Shown: positions 13,101 through 27,140 of the stretch, one piece after another | Layout of the letters: every line of letters begins with the position of its first letter | Numbering within the stretch: position 1 is the first letter of the stretch | Assembly (NCBI GenBank): GCA_951406725.2 | Contig: OX597821.1 | Span: forward strand, 28,892,001 to 28,956,000 | Direction: 5' to 3' | Length of the DNA stretch: 64,000 nt | Source of the DNA: Octopus vulgaris | Taxonomy: Eukaryota | Translations under genes and position numbers: made by a program | Notes under the pieces: generated by a model | The model's input: only the letters and a program-made list of their open reading frames with translations | What the model was told of the DNA's origin: nothing | The model's database searches: none

Positions 13101-14287
13101 GCGACTAGCTACGTGTGCTGCTCAGGTATGTTATAGCGGGATTTGACCTCAGAAAGCAAAGAGCTGGAATAGGAAACACAAAAGCGTACGGTACGATGGT
13201 CATACAGTTCTTCCAGTCTACTGCTTTAGTTTACTACTTTTGTTTTGACCCCGAGAAGAAAAAAAAGATAAAGCTGACGTCCCCAGGATTTGAACTCAGA
13301 GAAAGTCAGTAAAAATACTGTAAGACACAGCCTTTCCGCCGTTCTGTCGTCTCTGCCAATTCAGTCACTTTATCAAACAGCATCTTATATGATATTGCCA
13401 TTTTCTGAAATGTGTTTGTATAGATAATAAGTGAATGTATTTAAAGACATGTCGTTTATCACTCTACTTGCATCAGTTAGAAGCAGTACGATGGACAACT
13501 TTCTTAACTGCCGTAATTGGTTTTAATTCAACACACAAGTGAATAAAATTCCTTATATTTTTAGCTCGTTTCTGCAGAGCATGGTAGTGTTTTGGCATTT
13601 TTTCTATCAAGAATCAGTACACTATCATGTTGTTTTTTTTTTGTTATGGCCTGTGATATCAGCCTTATGACATGGACTGTATGTATACTGCAATTTCTTT
13701 GCATTTTCAAATTGTGGTTTACTACGACAGATTGATGTGTCTCAATTTATCAGCAAATGTAGAAATTAAAATTTGGCTCTGACAATGGCGGTGCCCCAGC
13801 ATGGCCACAGCTCATAAGCTGAAACTAGAATCAATCAATCAATCAATTATTATCCAACGTAGAGTATTGTCTTTTGTCTTAAGATATATATCATACAGGC
13901 GATATTTTTCATCCATATTGCAGGAGCTGAATATATTCCTTTCAATACAACTTCTAGAGATGGTCAGTTCCTGTAGTATGAATATTTATGTCTCTATGTT
14001 AAACGATTCAGGTCGGAGATAAGACATTTTTTAAAAGTTCTGTTTGTGCCTCAATTTCAAGGAAATACTGACCTGTAAACTCTTACCTTTATGCTTGTTT
14101 ACCAGATTAAAACCGAGTGTTATCAGTACGTATATGTTACCGGCAATTTTCATTTAGACTTTTATCTATTGTTAGTCTAATCTAATTTCTTGTGAGGTTT
14201 TCGTTGCCTTTTTACATGCCTTTTTACAACAACAATCAATGAGATAAGGCAGAAGGCTTTTGGTTTAAGTTGGCCATATTAATAATG

Positions 14288-14728
14288 GCCGCAAGGCGAC
14301 GAGCTGTCGGATTCGCTAGCATGCCGGTCGATATGCTTAGCGGCAATACGTCCGTCTTTACGTTCTGAAATCAAACACCACCGGGGTTGACTTTGCCTTT
14401 CAACTTTTCGCAGAGGATAAAAAGAGTACCAGTTGAACAATGGGGTTGATTAAATCGACTTCTCCCCACCTCCAAAATTGGTGGCCTAATTGAAGTCAAT
14501 ATTAACTATAGCCTATAAGGTGGCGGGCTGACAGATAGTTAGCACGCTGGGCAAAATGTTTAGCAGCATTTTACCCGTCTGAGTTCATTTTTACGTTCTG
14601 AGCTCAAATTCCGCCGAGGTTGACTTTGCCTTTCATCCTTTCAGGGTCAATAGAAGCTGAGTACTGGGATCAATGAAATCGACTTAGCCTTATTACCCTG
14701 AATGGAGCTAGAATTTGAAACCAATATT
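14288..14728 (+). mobile_element. Two tandem SINE family B copies
   Basis: Two GGCG..GCTG..AGA heads, each followed by GTTGACTTTGCCTTTCA. Confidence 0.8.
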
Positions 14729-17029
14729 AATTATGATCTCATTAGACTGGTCTACTACGTTCGTGCATCAGGTCTTCAAGACCATAAATGAGAGAGCACA
14801 ACAAGCAAAGCTAGTCGGGCCCAGTACAGCAATACATGTAGTGAAATAAACTCATGCACCAAGTCTTAGTCTGGTCCAATGTCACAACATATGGGTGAGA
14901 CAGGCAGCGAAGTGGTATTGGCCTCGGAACAACGTATTTGCGAACAACCTAGTTAACTGAAAGCCCATACCTGCCCTATGAGGTAGGATGAGGGACATTA
15001 ATATAATTTCTCATTCATGGCAGTGAACAAGCCAGGTTCGTTAAATCGTCGGGCAAAACTACCTTGCGATATTTGCTCCGGATCTTTACATTCTGACTTC
15101 AGATCTCATCAAAGTCAATTTTACCTTTCCCCTAGTCGTTATGGATAAAATAAAGTATTAGTCAAAACCTGGGTTCGAAGGCATCGATTAACCGTTTCCC
15201 TCAAAATAAATGGCCTTGTGCCAAAATCAGTAACCGTGTTTGCAATATTAACTGAAAAAGACCATGCTCTAATTGATTTCAAGTATTGGAACAAATCCAT
15301 TATTTGAAGTCTAACTTCACTGCCGTCTTCTTGCGGATAATTGCTCACTGACAATTAAAACCCTCAAATAGTCGTTCTAGGACAAGTGTATTTGAAAAGT
15401 TGCATCCTGAAAATTCCCCCAAACCCACAATAAGATGAAGTTGTATTGTAGGGCGAAGTTGCTGTACAGGTGGTATAGTTCGAAACAGTGGTGATAACGT
15501 ATGTTGAAGTTGTGGTTTATCTTGTGGTTGTGATATGTGAAACTGTGGTATAGGAGGTATGAATAGCATCGATACTCCAGAAGGGGACCGTTTTATGGGA
15601 TGGGGCTGTTAGTTTTGGGTGGAATAGTATTTTCACAATGTTTATCCATCAACAATTATCCGGCCAATTAAGACCACTGCAGAGAGACGGGAAAGGATTA
15701 AGTACTGGAAGTTTTTTGTTTGTTTGTTTTTGTTTTTTGTTGTTTTTTTTTGTCTTCATACCAACATTTTTGAGTTGGAAATAATCTGATCTATCGATTC
15801 CAGTACTTGATTGATAAATTATTTTACTGAACGCAGAAAAAATGATATACAAATTCTACCATATCGCGATTTGAACTCAAAACGAAAATCGTTGTAGATA
15901 AATGCTTTCTAAGCATTCACTATAACGTTCTAAAGATTCTATTGAAGTTTGCCAGTTACGGCACGAGTTTACGGAATAACGTTCCATGAATTTGTTATTG
16001 GTTTACCGTTTCTTAGAACTACAATCAATTTTCTGATAATTATTCTTGAGCAATGTTCCAGATAGTGTGACAAAAGACAATGTACTGTAACTATACAAAT
16101 TATAGAATTTAAGAATATAAAATGTTGAAGAAATTTCACCAATATTTCTGACAAACGTCGTTCTAAGCATTCGTTTATATTGAAAGAGATGTAAAGGTAG
16201 ACATTTTATAATTGTTAAGGACTAAATGACAGAGGGTTTGCCCTTTTCGAGCTTGAATTATTCAACTGAAAGACGCTAACAGAGCAGTTTCTATGCTGCT
16301 TCAACATCATTAGCCGAATTCCTAACGCTTTGACAGTTAACCGATATCAAATTGAATTTCTGCCATTAGGAATGTAAGACACTTGTGTAACTTCACCTTT
16401 GCCCTCTAATAACAGCCAGGCAGAAACAATATTCTGATTGGCAAGGATAAAACGTCTATACTTAATTGATTTTACGCGAGCCATTCAGTATAGCTATTCG
16501 ACCAAAGAGCCTGCTACACTATATAGGTTATCAGTACCCTCTACATTAGAGATGCAAACCAACGAGAAATAATTTAATAATGACAAAATGTGCCGTAATG
16601 GTGTCTTCAAATATTGTCGGCTTGTAGTCTCGGTCTCTCTCGTTCTATTCTCATTTGCATTTATACAAATACATTTCTTAACGTCCGTGTACTGAAGTTT
16701 TCACTTTTCATATTTAATCACATATTTTTTACTTTTTATTTTTATTTATTTATGTATTTATTAATTTTTTTTTTGTAACTCGCCTTCGTTTACATTTTAA
16801 CCGAACACGAACATAGATTCACAGACATACGATACGCAGCCATGTAGATATTTGGTCTGTGCGACTCTGAAACATAGACTTGTATATATATGAGTGTGTA
16901 ATGTTTTACGACTTCACTACATCAGTAGGTGATACGGAGCAGTGTATATAAATGTATTGGAATATATAACAATATGTGTTGTTGCCGGTGAAGAAACAGT
17001 AAACGTGTCGGTATTTTCATATTTACATA

Positions 17030-17224
17030 ATTGTATGTTTATGTATGTATATGTAGATACCTTTGTGAAAATAAATATTTTTTACAGACATATTTATCTG
17101 TGCGTTTATCTATCCAATTTTTCTCTCTCTACCAGTTTATCTGCATATGTGTCTGTGTGTGTCTGGCTATACATGCATACATACATGCATACATGCATAC
17201 ATGCATACATACATGCATGCAAGC

Positions 17225-17292
<68 letters not shown>

Positions 17293-17456
17293 ATGTGTAT
17301 GTTTGTGCGTTTGTATATATGTGTGTGGGTATATATATATATATATATATATATATACCACACACATATATATATACGCATATAAAGTTTTTATGAATGA
17401 TATATATTTTGTATTTGATACGTGTGTGTCTTTATATACGTATGTACATACATCCG

Positions 17457-17490
<34 letters not shown>

Positions 17491-17631
17491 TATATGTATG
17501 CATGCTTGTGAGTGTAGATATATATTTATATGTACAAATATACCAGTGCGTATATATGCATACCTTTATATACACGTGATTATATATATATATAATGTAG
17601 TTCTACATGCATAAGGTATATACATGTTTAT

Positions 17632-17708
<77 letters not shown>

Positions 17709-17798
17709 TGTATGTACATATATATAAATATATATGTATGTATATTTGTATATATATGTGTGTGTGTATATATATATAATATGAGTGTGTTTGTGTGA

Positions 17799-17829
<31 letters not shown>

Positions 17830-19146
17830 CTTAAATACAGGTATACACACACATATATAAAATCAGTTCACATAATAAGACGCTCACACAGTGACACACA
17901 AAATGAATATTTACAGACTACATCCTGTCTGTGTATTTACATATATTTACATATACAAATGCCGTTATATTCGGCCTGTGCTTGACTTTATTCCAGATTA
18001 CGTTCAAAAGCAAGCATCAGACACCATTATTCTTGTCTGTCTGTATGGTTTAGATAAGTTTAATTTCAATTCTCCCTCCTTAATTTTACTTTTTGTTGTT
18101 TATTTGAAAACTTTCTGTCGTTTCTGTTACCATTGGCTTCCACTTGTACAGACATGACACTTTTATCACACGTCTTCATTCCTACTGTGGCCTGCTGTTC
18201 TTCTTTTTCTCTGCGTATATATGAAGGTATGTATATATATATATATACGTGTGTACCAATGTGCGCGTGTATATATATGTATATATATATATACATACAT
18301 AGATATATATATATACATATATATACATATATATATACATACATGTATATATATATATACACACATACACTCATATATGTGTGTGTATGTATGTATGTAT
18401 GTATGTATGTATACATGTATGTTTGTGTGCATGTACGCAAACATGTATGAACATAAATATATATATATATATATATACTTATGTATATATATATCTTCAG
18501 TTAAATATGAGTAAGTGCATGTGTGTATATATATATGTATATATATATTTATTTATTTATATACAGATGTGTGTATATATATATACATGTGTGTATATAT
18601 GCATATATCTACCTATATATCTATCTATATATATATACAGATGTGTGTGTATATACATATACTCATATATATTCATGTGCACTCACACACATCTGTGCGT
18701 ACGTGAAGATGTATCAGCGAGTATATATATGCATAAGTGTGTTTGCCTCTGTGTACTCGTGTCTATATGTATGTGTGTTTGTGCGTGTGTTTCAGTGACT
18801 AGATCTGTGCGTACATACAATTTATGTAGCCTGTACTATTGCATTCAAATCATGATGCTTTTAAACTCAAACTAAAACTCAACAGAATCGATATTACCAA
18901 CCTCAGAAAACAGGATGAAACCAAACTAGAAAAGCTTATTTCAAAGGACTGAATGGAAAGACAGCACAAAGCACCATACTTAGCCATCAACTACACTTAA
19001 TACATTTATCTCTCCGTTATTGTTGTTCAGAACGTGACGTAACATTTACAGTTTTCAGCATGTTTCTCTCCCTATTCACTAATAAATCTGCGAATAGATA
19101 TTCTCAGAGACTGAGTCGGAGTAGTTTACAATAGAAAAGAAAAAAT

Positions 19147-19209
<63 letters not shown>

Positions 19210-19244
19210 GTATATATATATGTATATATCTATCTATATATATA

Positions 19245-19314
<70 letters not shown>

Positions 19315-19356
19315 TATATACATATATATATACATATATATATATATGTATGTATG

Positions 19357-19419
<63 letters not shown>

Positions 19420-19422
19420 CTA

Positions 19423-19473
<51 letters not shown>

Positions 19474-19510
19474 GTGTATATATTTATACATATATACACA
19501 TACGGATTTA
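17030..19510. repeat. Compound (TA)/(TG)/(TATG) microsatellite region
   Basis: Direct sequence; source of the many YI-repeat pseudo-ORFs. Confidence 0.95.
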
Positions 19511-19769
19511 TGTATATAGAATATTATTTGTATTTATTATAAAATAATAACATCAGTCATTTTTCCCTATCTATTTTCGCACCTGCCACTGTGGTTTTTC
19601 TTGCGTTGTGTCTCTTCTCTCCGTGGTGTCTATCTATATGTGTGTTTACTTTCGACCTCCCAGCTAGACAACATCAAAACGTGCAGACCTCCGACGCTTC
19701 AAACGTGCTTCCTCTCCCTAACCGTCTCATCGTCTCACTCACCCTCTTCCTCTCCCTCTCCCTCGCTTT

Positions 19770-19806
<37 letters not shown>

Positions 19807-20191
19807 TCTGTCTGCCGCACACATGCACCCACAAATTCACATACATACACACATGCACACACATATACACACATACATACACTGATACACACTTCAACAC
19901 ACGCACACACAATTTTCTCACTTTTTTCGTTATATTCATTTCAGTGTCTTCTTCCCCAGCCCGTGCATGTATGACAACCTGTGGATATGATTCAATATAA
20001 ATCACACACACTGATACGCACACACACAGACACACACACGACACACAAACATGTTCGTCGTTCGAAATTTGCGTATATATATCTATATATATATATAGAT
20101 ATAGGTATAGATAGATATGCTGTTTTCTTCCACCATCCTTCACATGATTGCATTTTCCTTTTACTCTCTCCGTCACCATCCTTTATATATG

Positions 20192-20235
<44 letters not shown>

Positions 20236-20353
20236 TTAGGAATGACCCTAACAGGTCATTCGTCCACCAGAAAGAGCAGCCATAACTCACACCGCCAAGT
20301 AGTAGTAATTCAAAAATTAGGTGAAAATTCAAAAACATTTACCCTAATTCATC

Positions 20354-20451
20354 TTTTAGACGTTGCAACGTTTCTGTGTCATTAATGATTAAATTAGCTT
20401 AATTAAATTAAATTAAGCTAATCTACCATAGGTTACACTTCATCAGTAAAA
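20354..20451 (-). ncRNA. Type I hammerhead ribozyme (474-bp unit)
   Basis: Reverse complement of 21216-21313. Confidence 0.8.
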
Positions 20452-20827
20452 AACCTGGGAGAGACAAATATACACGAGGCGTCTGTATCGATGCCTAGGG
20501 AATATCTGTCTTAAAATTTTCAAGACTGACGTATTCGCGCCAAACTTATCAGCAGTAAATATAAACTGCCGATTCAATCTCAGAATTATTCAGAAAATTA
20601 TCAATTAGTCAATTTAGGGTAGCAAAAAAATTCAATAGAAATTTATCGCTACCAACGGCCTAGTGGAAAAGAGAAAATAGTCAACGACTAAGTATATAAA
20701 TATAACAATTTAGGAATGACCCTACCAGGTCATTCGTCCACCAGAAAGAGCAGCCATAACTCACACCGCCAAGTAGTAGTAATTCAAAAATTAGGTGAAA
20801 ATTCAAAAACATTTACCCTAATTCATC

Positions 20828-20925
20828 TTTTAGACGTTGCAACGTTTCTGTGTCATTAATGATTAAATTAGCTTAATTAAATTAAATTAAGCTAATCTAC
20901 CATAGGTTACACTTCATCAGTAAAA
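20828..20925 (-). ncRNA. Type I hammerhead ribozyme (474-bp unit)
   Basis: Reverse complement of 21216-21313. Confidence 0.8.
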
Positions 20926-21215
20926 AACCTGGGAGAGACAAATATACACGAGGCGTCTGTATCGATGCCTAGGGAATATCTGTCTTAAAATTTTCAAGAC
21001 TGACGTATTCAGTGGTAGCGATAAATTTCTATTGAATTTTTTTGCTACCCTAAATTGACTAATTGATAATTTTCTGAATAATTCTGAGATTGAATCGGCA
21101 GTTTATATTTACTGCTGATAAGTTTGGCGCGAATACGTCAGTCTTGAAAATTTTAAGACAGATATTCCCTAGGCATCGATACAGACGCCTCGTGTATATT
21201 TGTCTCTCCCAGGTT

Positions 21216-21313
21216 TTTTACTGATGAAGTGTAACCTATGGTAGATTAGCTTAATTTAATTTAATTAAGCTAATTTAATCATTAATGACACAGAAACGTT
21301 GCAACGTCTAAAA
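21216..21313 (+). ncRNA. Type I hammerhead ribozyme (474-bp unit)
   Basis: TTTTA-CTGATGA-[AGTGT..AGATTAGCTTAATT/AATTAAGCTAATTT..ACACA]-GAAAC-GTTGCAAC-GTC-TAAAA. Complete core, stem I TTTTA/TAAAA, long stem II, palindromic stem III ACGTTGCAACGT; predicted cut after 21308. Confidence 0.82.
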
Positions 21314-21688
21314 GATGAATTAGGGTAAATGTTTTTGAATTTTCACCTAATTTTTGAATTACTACTACTTGGCGGTGTGAGTTATGGCTGCTCTTTCTGG
21401 TGGACGAATGACCTGGTAGGGTCATTCCTAAATTGTTATATTTATATACTTAGTCGTTGACTATTTTCTCTTTTCCACTAGGCCGTTGGTAGCGATAAAT
21501 TTCTATTGAATTTTTTGCTACCCTAAATTGACTAATTGATAATTTTCTGAATAATTCTGAGATTGAATCGGCAGTTTATATTTACTGCTGATAAGTTTGG
21601 CGCGAATACGTCAGTCTTGAAAATTTTAAGACAGATATTCCCTAGGCATCGATACAGACGCCTCGTGTATATTTGTCTCTCCCAGGTT

Positions 21689-21786
21689 TTTTACTGATGA
21701 AGTGTAACCTATGGTAGATTAGCTTAATTTAATTTAATTAAGCTAATTTAATCATTAATGACACAGAAACGTTGCAACGTCTAAAA
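21689..21786 (+). ncRNA. Type I hammerhead ribozyme (474-bp unit)
   Basis: Identical copy; predicted cut after 21781. Confidence 0.82.
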
Positions 21787-22162
21787 GATGAATTAGGGTA
21801 AATGTTTTTGAATTTTCACCTAATTTTTGAATTACTACTACTTGGCGGTGTGAGTTATGGCTGCTCTTTCTGGTGGACGAATGACCTGTTAGGGTCATTC
21901 CTAAATTGTTATATTTATATACTTAGTCGTTGACTATTTTCTCTTTTCCACTAGGCCGTTGGTAGCGATAAATTTCTATTGAATTTTTTTGCTACCCTAA
22001 ATTGACTAATTGATAATTTTCTGAATAATTCTGAGATTGAATCGGCAGTTTATATTTACTGCTGATAAGTTTGGCGCGAATACGTCAGTCTTGAAAATTT
22101 TAAGACAGATATTCCCTAGGCATCGATACAGACGCCTCGTGTATATTTGTCTCTCCCAGGTT

Positions 22163-22260
22163 TTTTACTGATGAAGTGTAACCTATGGTAGATTAGCTTA
22201 ATTTAATTTAATTAAGCTAATTTAATCATTAATGACACAGAAACGTTGCAACGTCTAAAA
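22163..22260 (+). ncRNA. Type I hammerhead ribozyme (474-bp unit)
   Basis: Identical copy; predicted cut after 22255. Confidence 0.82.
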
Positions 22261-22636
22261 GATGAATTAGGGTAAATGTTTTTGAATTTTCACCTAATTT
22301 TTGAATTACTACTACTTGGCGGTGTGAGTTATGGCTGCTCTTTCTGGTGGACGAATGACCTGGTAGGGTCATTCCTAAATTGTTATATTTATATACTTAG
22401 TCGTTGACTATTTTCTCTTTTCTACTAGGCCGTTGGTAGCGATAAATTTCTATTGAATTTTTTTGCTACCCTAAATTGACTAATTGATAATTTTCTGAAT
22501 AATTCTGAGATTGAATCGGCAGTTTATATTTACTGCTGATAAGTTTGGCGCGAATACGTCAGTCTTGAAAATTTTAAGACAGATATTCCCTAGGCATCGA
22601 TACAGACGCCTCGTGTATATTTGTCTCTCCCAGGTT

Positions 22637-22734
22637 TTTTACTGATGAAGTGTAACCTATGGTAGATTAGCTTAATTTAATTTAATTAAGCTAATTTAAT
22701 CATTAATGACACAGAAACGTTGCAACGTCTAAAA
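22637..22734 (+). ncRNA. Type I hammerhead ribozyme (474-bp unit)
   Basis: Identical copy; predicted cut after 22729. Confidence 0.82.
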
Positions 22735-22953
22735 GATGAATTAGGGTAAATGTTTTTGAATTTTCACCTAATTTTTGAATTACTACTACTTGGCGGTGTG
22801 AGTTATGGCTGCTCTTTCTGGTGGACGAATGACCTGTTAGGGTCATTCCTAAATTGTTATATTTATATACTTAGTCGTTGACTATTTTCTCTTTTCCACT
22901 AGGCCGTTGGTAGCGATAAATTTCTATTGAATTTTTTTGCTACCCTAAATTGA

Positions 22954-23013
<60 letters not shown>

Positions 23014-23150
23014 CATACATACATATAGTCACAATAAGGATATTTAAACCTCTTATACGTATATTTTATCCAAGATACACCGGTTTAATATATTATATTT
23101 TGAAGAAATATTTCTTCAATGATTATATGTAAAATATCATAAAATATTTA

Positions 23151-23185
<35 letters not shown>

Positions 23186-23231
23186 GCATATATATATATG
23201 TATATCTATATACATATATATATATACATAC

Positions 23232-23262
<31 letters not shown>

Positions 23263-23299
23263 CATACATACATACATACATACATACATTACATTCATT

Positions 23300-23640
23300 C
23301 ATACAGCGAATGTTAACATAAACCTGAAGATCAGTAAAAAAGAGAACACCTATGCTGAACTATTAAGTAATCTGCAGCTTCTCTATCCAGATTGCAAGTT
23401 CAGGTTTATACCTGTAATTATTGGTGCCTTGGGATATGTAACACACCTCCTATGTACCGATCTTGAGAAATTAGTCTTCTCAAAACCAGAAAGGAGAAAG
23501 CTAGTTCGAAGACTACAGATCCAATCACTTGCGCTGTAAATATCTGTAAAACTTTCAAGGAGTTTATCATTTAAATATAAAGCATGTCTAGATAAGCAAC
23601 TATATGCATGAGAATACATACATAAAACATACAAATGTGC
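23300..23640 (+). mobile_element. 3' end of an RLE-type (R4-like) non-LTR retrotransposon
   Basis: [36 protein letters not shown], an RLE C-terminus, embedded in (TACA)n. Confidence 0.8.
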
Positions 23641-23856
23641 ACATACATACATAGACACAGCATTTATATCTCTGATGCTATAAGTTTCCTATAGTTTAGC
23701 GTGGCATGTAATATCCGGCAAAATACTATTTATATCTAGCTGGTTGGAGTACTTCTTTTGTTGCACCTACTAATAACGAAACAGTACATTACACACATAC
23801 ACACACACACACACTCGCACCTGCGCATACATATGTATCATATGTATGTATGTATG

Positions 23857-23918
<62 letters not shown>

Positions 23919-24691
23919 AATATGAGAGAGAATCCACTATGTATATATATATATATATATATATACATTCACACTCACATGCATGAAAGTTTATTTCAGG
24001 AAGTTTTTTTTTCTTTGAAGAAATTTTAAGAATAACAACAGATTTTCTCGTCCAGAGATTAGCACTTAAAGAAAATGTGAATTTTATATAAATTTCCTTT
24101 TAAATATTACTCTATATTTCGCATGACTGTTTATTTAACCAGTGAGGCATATCTTTGCTTCTGGTGTGTGTGTGTTGGAAGAAAAGATAGAAAGCTCCAT
24201 TCTTAGAAGGAATTACTGGAATGGAGAATTATAGCTGTTGTTAAAATCCCAAATGAATAGGGTTTTTTTTCACTTATTTCTTTAAAGGCAAAAATGTGGA
24301 GAATAACTGTAAATGTCAGACAAGGAAGTTTAAATGTAAGTAAGGGATGCAACTAAATAACCATTAGGCCACCTACACATTACATACATGAATGGTGCGT
24401 TTCAGAGAAACGTTTTTGTGGTAATTTCGAAATAAAGATTTCTGGTTTCGATCCAGTTACATCCAGATATTTACATAGCTTTCTACCATGATATTGAACC
24501 CAGAATTTGGCATTTTTATGACATAGATGCCTGTTGGTTGCTACAAAGCCTCCCAAATTAAAAAATATCACCACAAAAGCACCCACCGCTCCATAAGGCA
24601 TGTATAGAGAATAACAAATATTTCAATATGTCTGACGATTTCTGAGTTTACAGAGACATTCTATGAATTATTACTTATGTTACTGTTGCTG

Positions 24692-25067
24692 ATGCTGTTG
24701 AGCGAACGGTCTTAGTCCCAGAGCTCACAAGATGGGAGAAGTCCGAAACGTGGTCCTTTGCTATTCGTAAGACCCGCAGAAAAGAAAGCAGGTCAACCCC
24801 CGACACCGAGATCATCGACGGATGGATGGATGCGCATCCAGGCTCAGCGGTTGCGTAGGAAGTCGAGGACAAGAAACAGGAAGAAAGAGTGAGAGAAAGT
24901 TGGGGCGAAAGAGTACAACAGGGGTCGGCACCACCCCCTGCCGGAGCCTCGTGGAGTTTTAGGGGTTTGCGCTCAATAAACACACACAACGCCCGGTCTG
25001 GGAATCGAAACCACGATCCTCCGTCCACGAGTCCGCTGCCCTAACCACTGGGCCATTGCGCCTCCAC
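24692..25067 (-). mobile_element. tRNA-derived SINE (family D), 11-bp TSD
   Basis: Head GGAGGCGCAATGGCCCAGTGGTTAGGGCAGCGG, B box GTTTCGATTCC. TSD TACTGTTGCTG at 24681-24691 and 25068-25078. Confidence 0.9.
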
Positions 25068-26418
25068 TACTGTTGCTGTTGTTATCCTCGTTTAGTTAGC
25101 CCTAAGGTTTACCTTCTTTAAACCGATTTAGACTCAAGGGATTCCAGTTAAGACCCTCTCATATTTTTGTTACTTATGATTACATTATCTGATGCCTATT
25201 TTAATTTTTTTTAAGGAAACAGGGTTTCTTTTGAGGAGATTTACTTGCTATTTCTAGCAAATAGAACAACCTCTATTGGGAGCTCCTCCGTGTTGTTTTT
25301 TAATCAAGGACTAATAAACCAACGAAAAAAATGTTTCTTCAGTCGTTACCATCACATCATTTCTCAACCCTAGTTTAGTTTAGATTTACAGTTCCTTCTC
25401 TTAGGGTGTTAAGGTATAATGTGAGTAAATTTTGAATTTCTATTTCTAGCAGAGTAAGTAACCACATGTTCTACTACGCTATTGTCTCGATAAGACAAAC
25501 TAACTCAATAGGCGTGTATAGTTTACTAATGATTCACTGACAGTTCAGTGCTATTAAATGAATGCTGAAAAGGATAACAGAATCATAAAAAGTACACAGT
25601 TAAGAACAAATGAATATAAGACTACATTAATAAAGACAAATACAAAAGGTAAGCGATGGAGAGATGAGAGTTACTCGATGATGAATCACCTGTAGTATTA
25701 GAGATGAAGAGATGACAAGCCCGAACTTGTTTACAAGACAAACATTTGTACAGCTCTACTCCAAGAGACAGCTCAGCTACTTCGCGTGAACAATGCATGT
25801 GTGTGAGTGGGTATGTATGATGGGAGAGAGAGAGAGAGAGAGAGAGAGTAAGAGGGAGAGAAATAAAGACAGAGACAGACAGACAGACAGAAAGAGACAG
25901 AGAGACAGGCAGAATGAAAGAGAGAGAGAGAGAGAGAAGAATGTCAGAAAGAGAGGGAGGTGGGAAAGTGTCTTGAAGCTGAATCAATCATAGTCACCGA
26001 TGTTGCAATTGTGGTTTCTCAGTTCTCCGAATCCTGAAACTCATCATTCCCTGCAGATAGGGAGTAGGGAAAAAAATATTCCCGAATTCCCGGGGAATTT
26101 TTCGAGAATAGATGCCAATATTAATATTTCATTTTCTTTTAACAATATATATATTTTTTTTAGTCATTCACAAACTTGGATACTTAGAAGGCAAGAGTTA
26201 TCAATATTCCATTAGAAAATAATAATGCCATTATAATATAAAAGAAAAATGTATACTTGCGTGGAAATCTTTTACAATTTACGAAATACAATACTATAAT
26301 AAAATTTACCCAAATACTAAAAAATATTTCAATCAAAATGGTTAAGAATCATATATCACTGATGGTGTATCCCAAATTTTATTGCAGTTTTCATAGTAAA
26401 GGTTCCCTCCTCTTCGAT

Positions 26419-26437
26419 AGAAGAAGAAGAAGAAGAA

Positions 26438-26469
<32 letters not shown>

Positions 26470-26625
26470 AGAAGAAGTGGAAGAAGAAGAAGAAGAAGAA
26501 GGAGGAGGAGAAGAAGTAGGAGATGAAGAAGAAGAAGAAGAAGAAGAAGGAGGAGGAGGAGGAGGAGGAGGAGAAGAAGGAGGTGAAGAAGAAGAAGAAG
26601 AAGAAGAAGAAGAAGAAGAAGAAGA
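26419..26625. repeat. (GAA)n/(GGA)n microsatellite
   Basis: Direct sequence. Confidence 0.95.
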
Positions 26626-26634
26626 GTTAATATC

Positions 26635-26850
26635 TGCTTCAAATTGTTCACCACGTTAGCAATTTCGGTGAAGCGGGTAAGTTGATTACATCGACCCCAG
26701 TATTTATCTGGTACTTTATTTTATCAAATCCGAAAGGACAAAAATGGTAAATCGACCTCAGCGGAATTTAAACTCAGAACATGAAGACGGGCGAAATGCC
26801 GCTAAGTATTTTTGCCCGGCGTGATCGTAATTCTGCCAGCACGCCGCCTA
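26635..26850 (-). mobile_element. SINE family B
   Basis: Reverse complement of the family B head and body. Confidence 0.8.
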
Positions 26851-27071
26851 ACAAGGAGGTATAATATTAAGGGTGAACATACATATATGTGTGAGTGAAT
26901 ATACAGGGGATGGGCCTAAGGTCCTAATAATGCCCTTGTTTAACTAGGTAAGTTCTAGTTATATGTGATATTTATTTAATATGAGCTTGGTCCACTTCTG
27001 GTGTCTAAAATTCCGCAATCTAAATTTTTTACTTCATTACAAATCGGATAGTTCACTCATTTTAACTTATT

Positions 27072-27140
<69 letters not shown>

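Larger units (their letters stand above)
20231..22957. repeat. 474-bp unit array: ~1.65 units on minus (20231-21010) joined head-to-head to ~4.1 units on plus (21013-22957); retrozyme/PLE pLTR-like
   Basis: CTGATGA recurs at 21221, 21694, 22168 and 22642 (period 473-474). The left arm is the reverse complement. Both flanks are (TA)n. Confidence 0.95.

Noticed and set aside
16942-19550. Long ORFs rich in YI/CV/YLSI repeats here and elsewhere (27762-28385, 29061-29882, 44846-45559, 52610-53204)
   Set aside because: They are translations of microsatellites.
20231-22957. CRISPR array or plain satellite interpretation
   Set aside because: No spacers and a eukaryotic context. Ribozyme cores, the inversion and TA flanks point to a retro-mobilised element.
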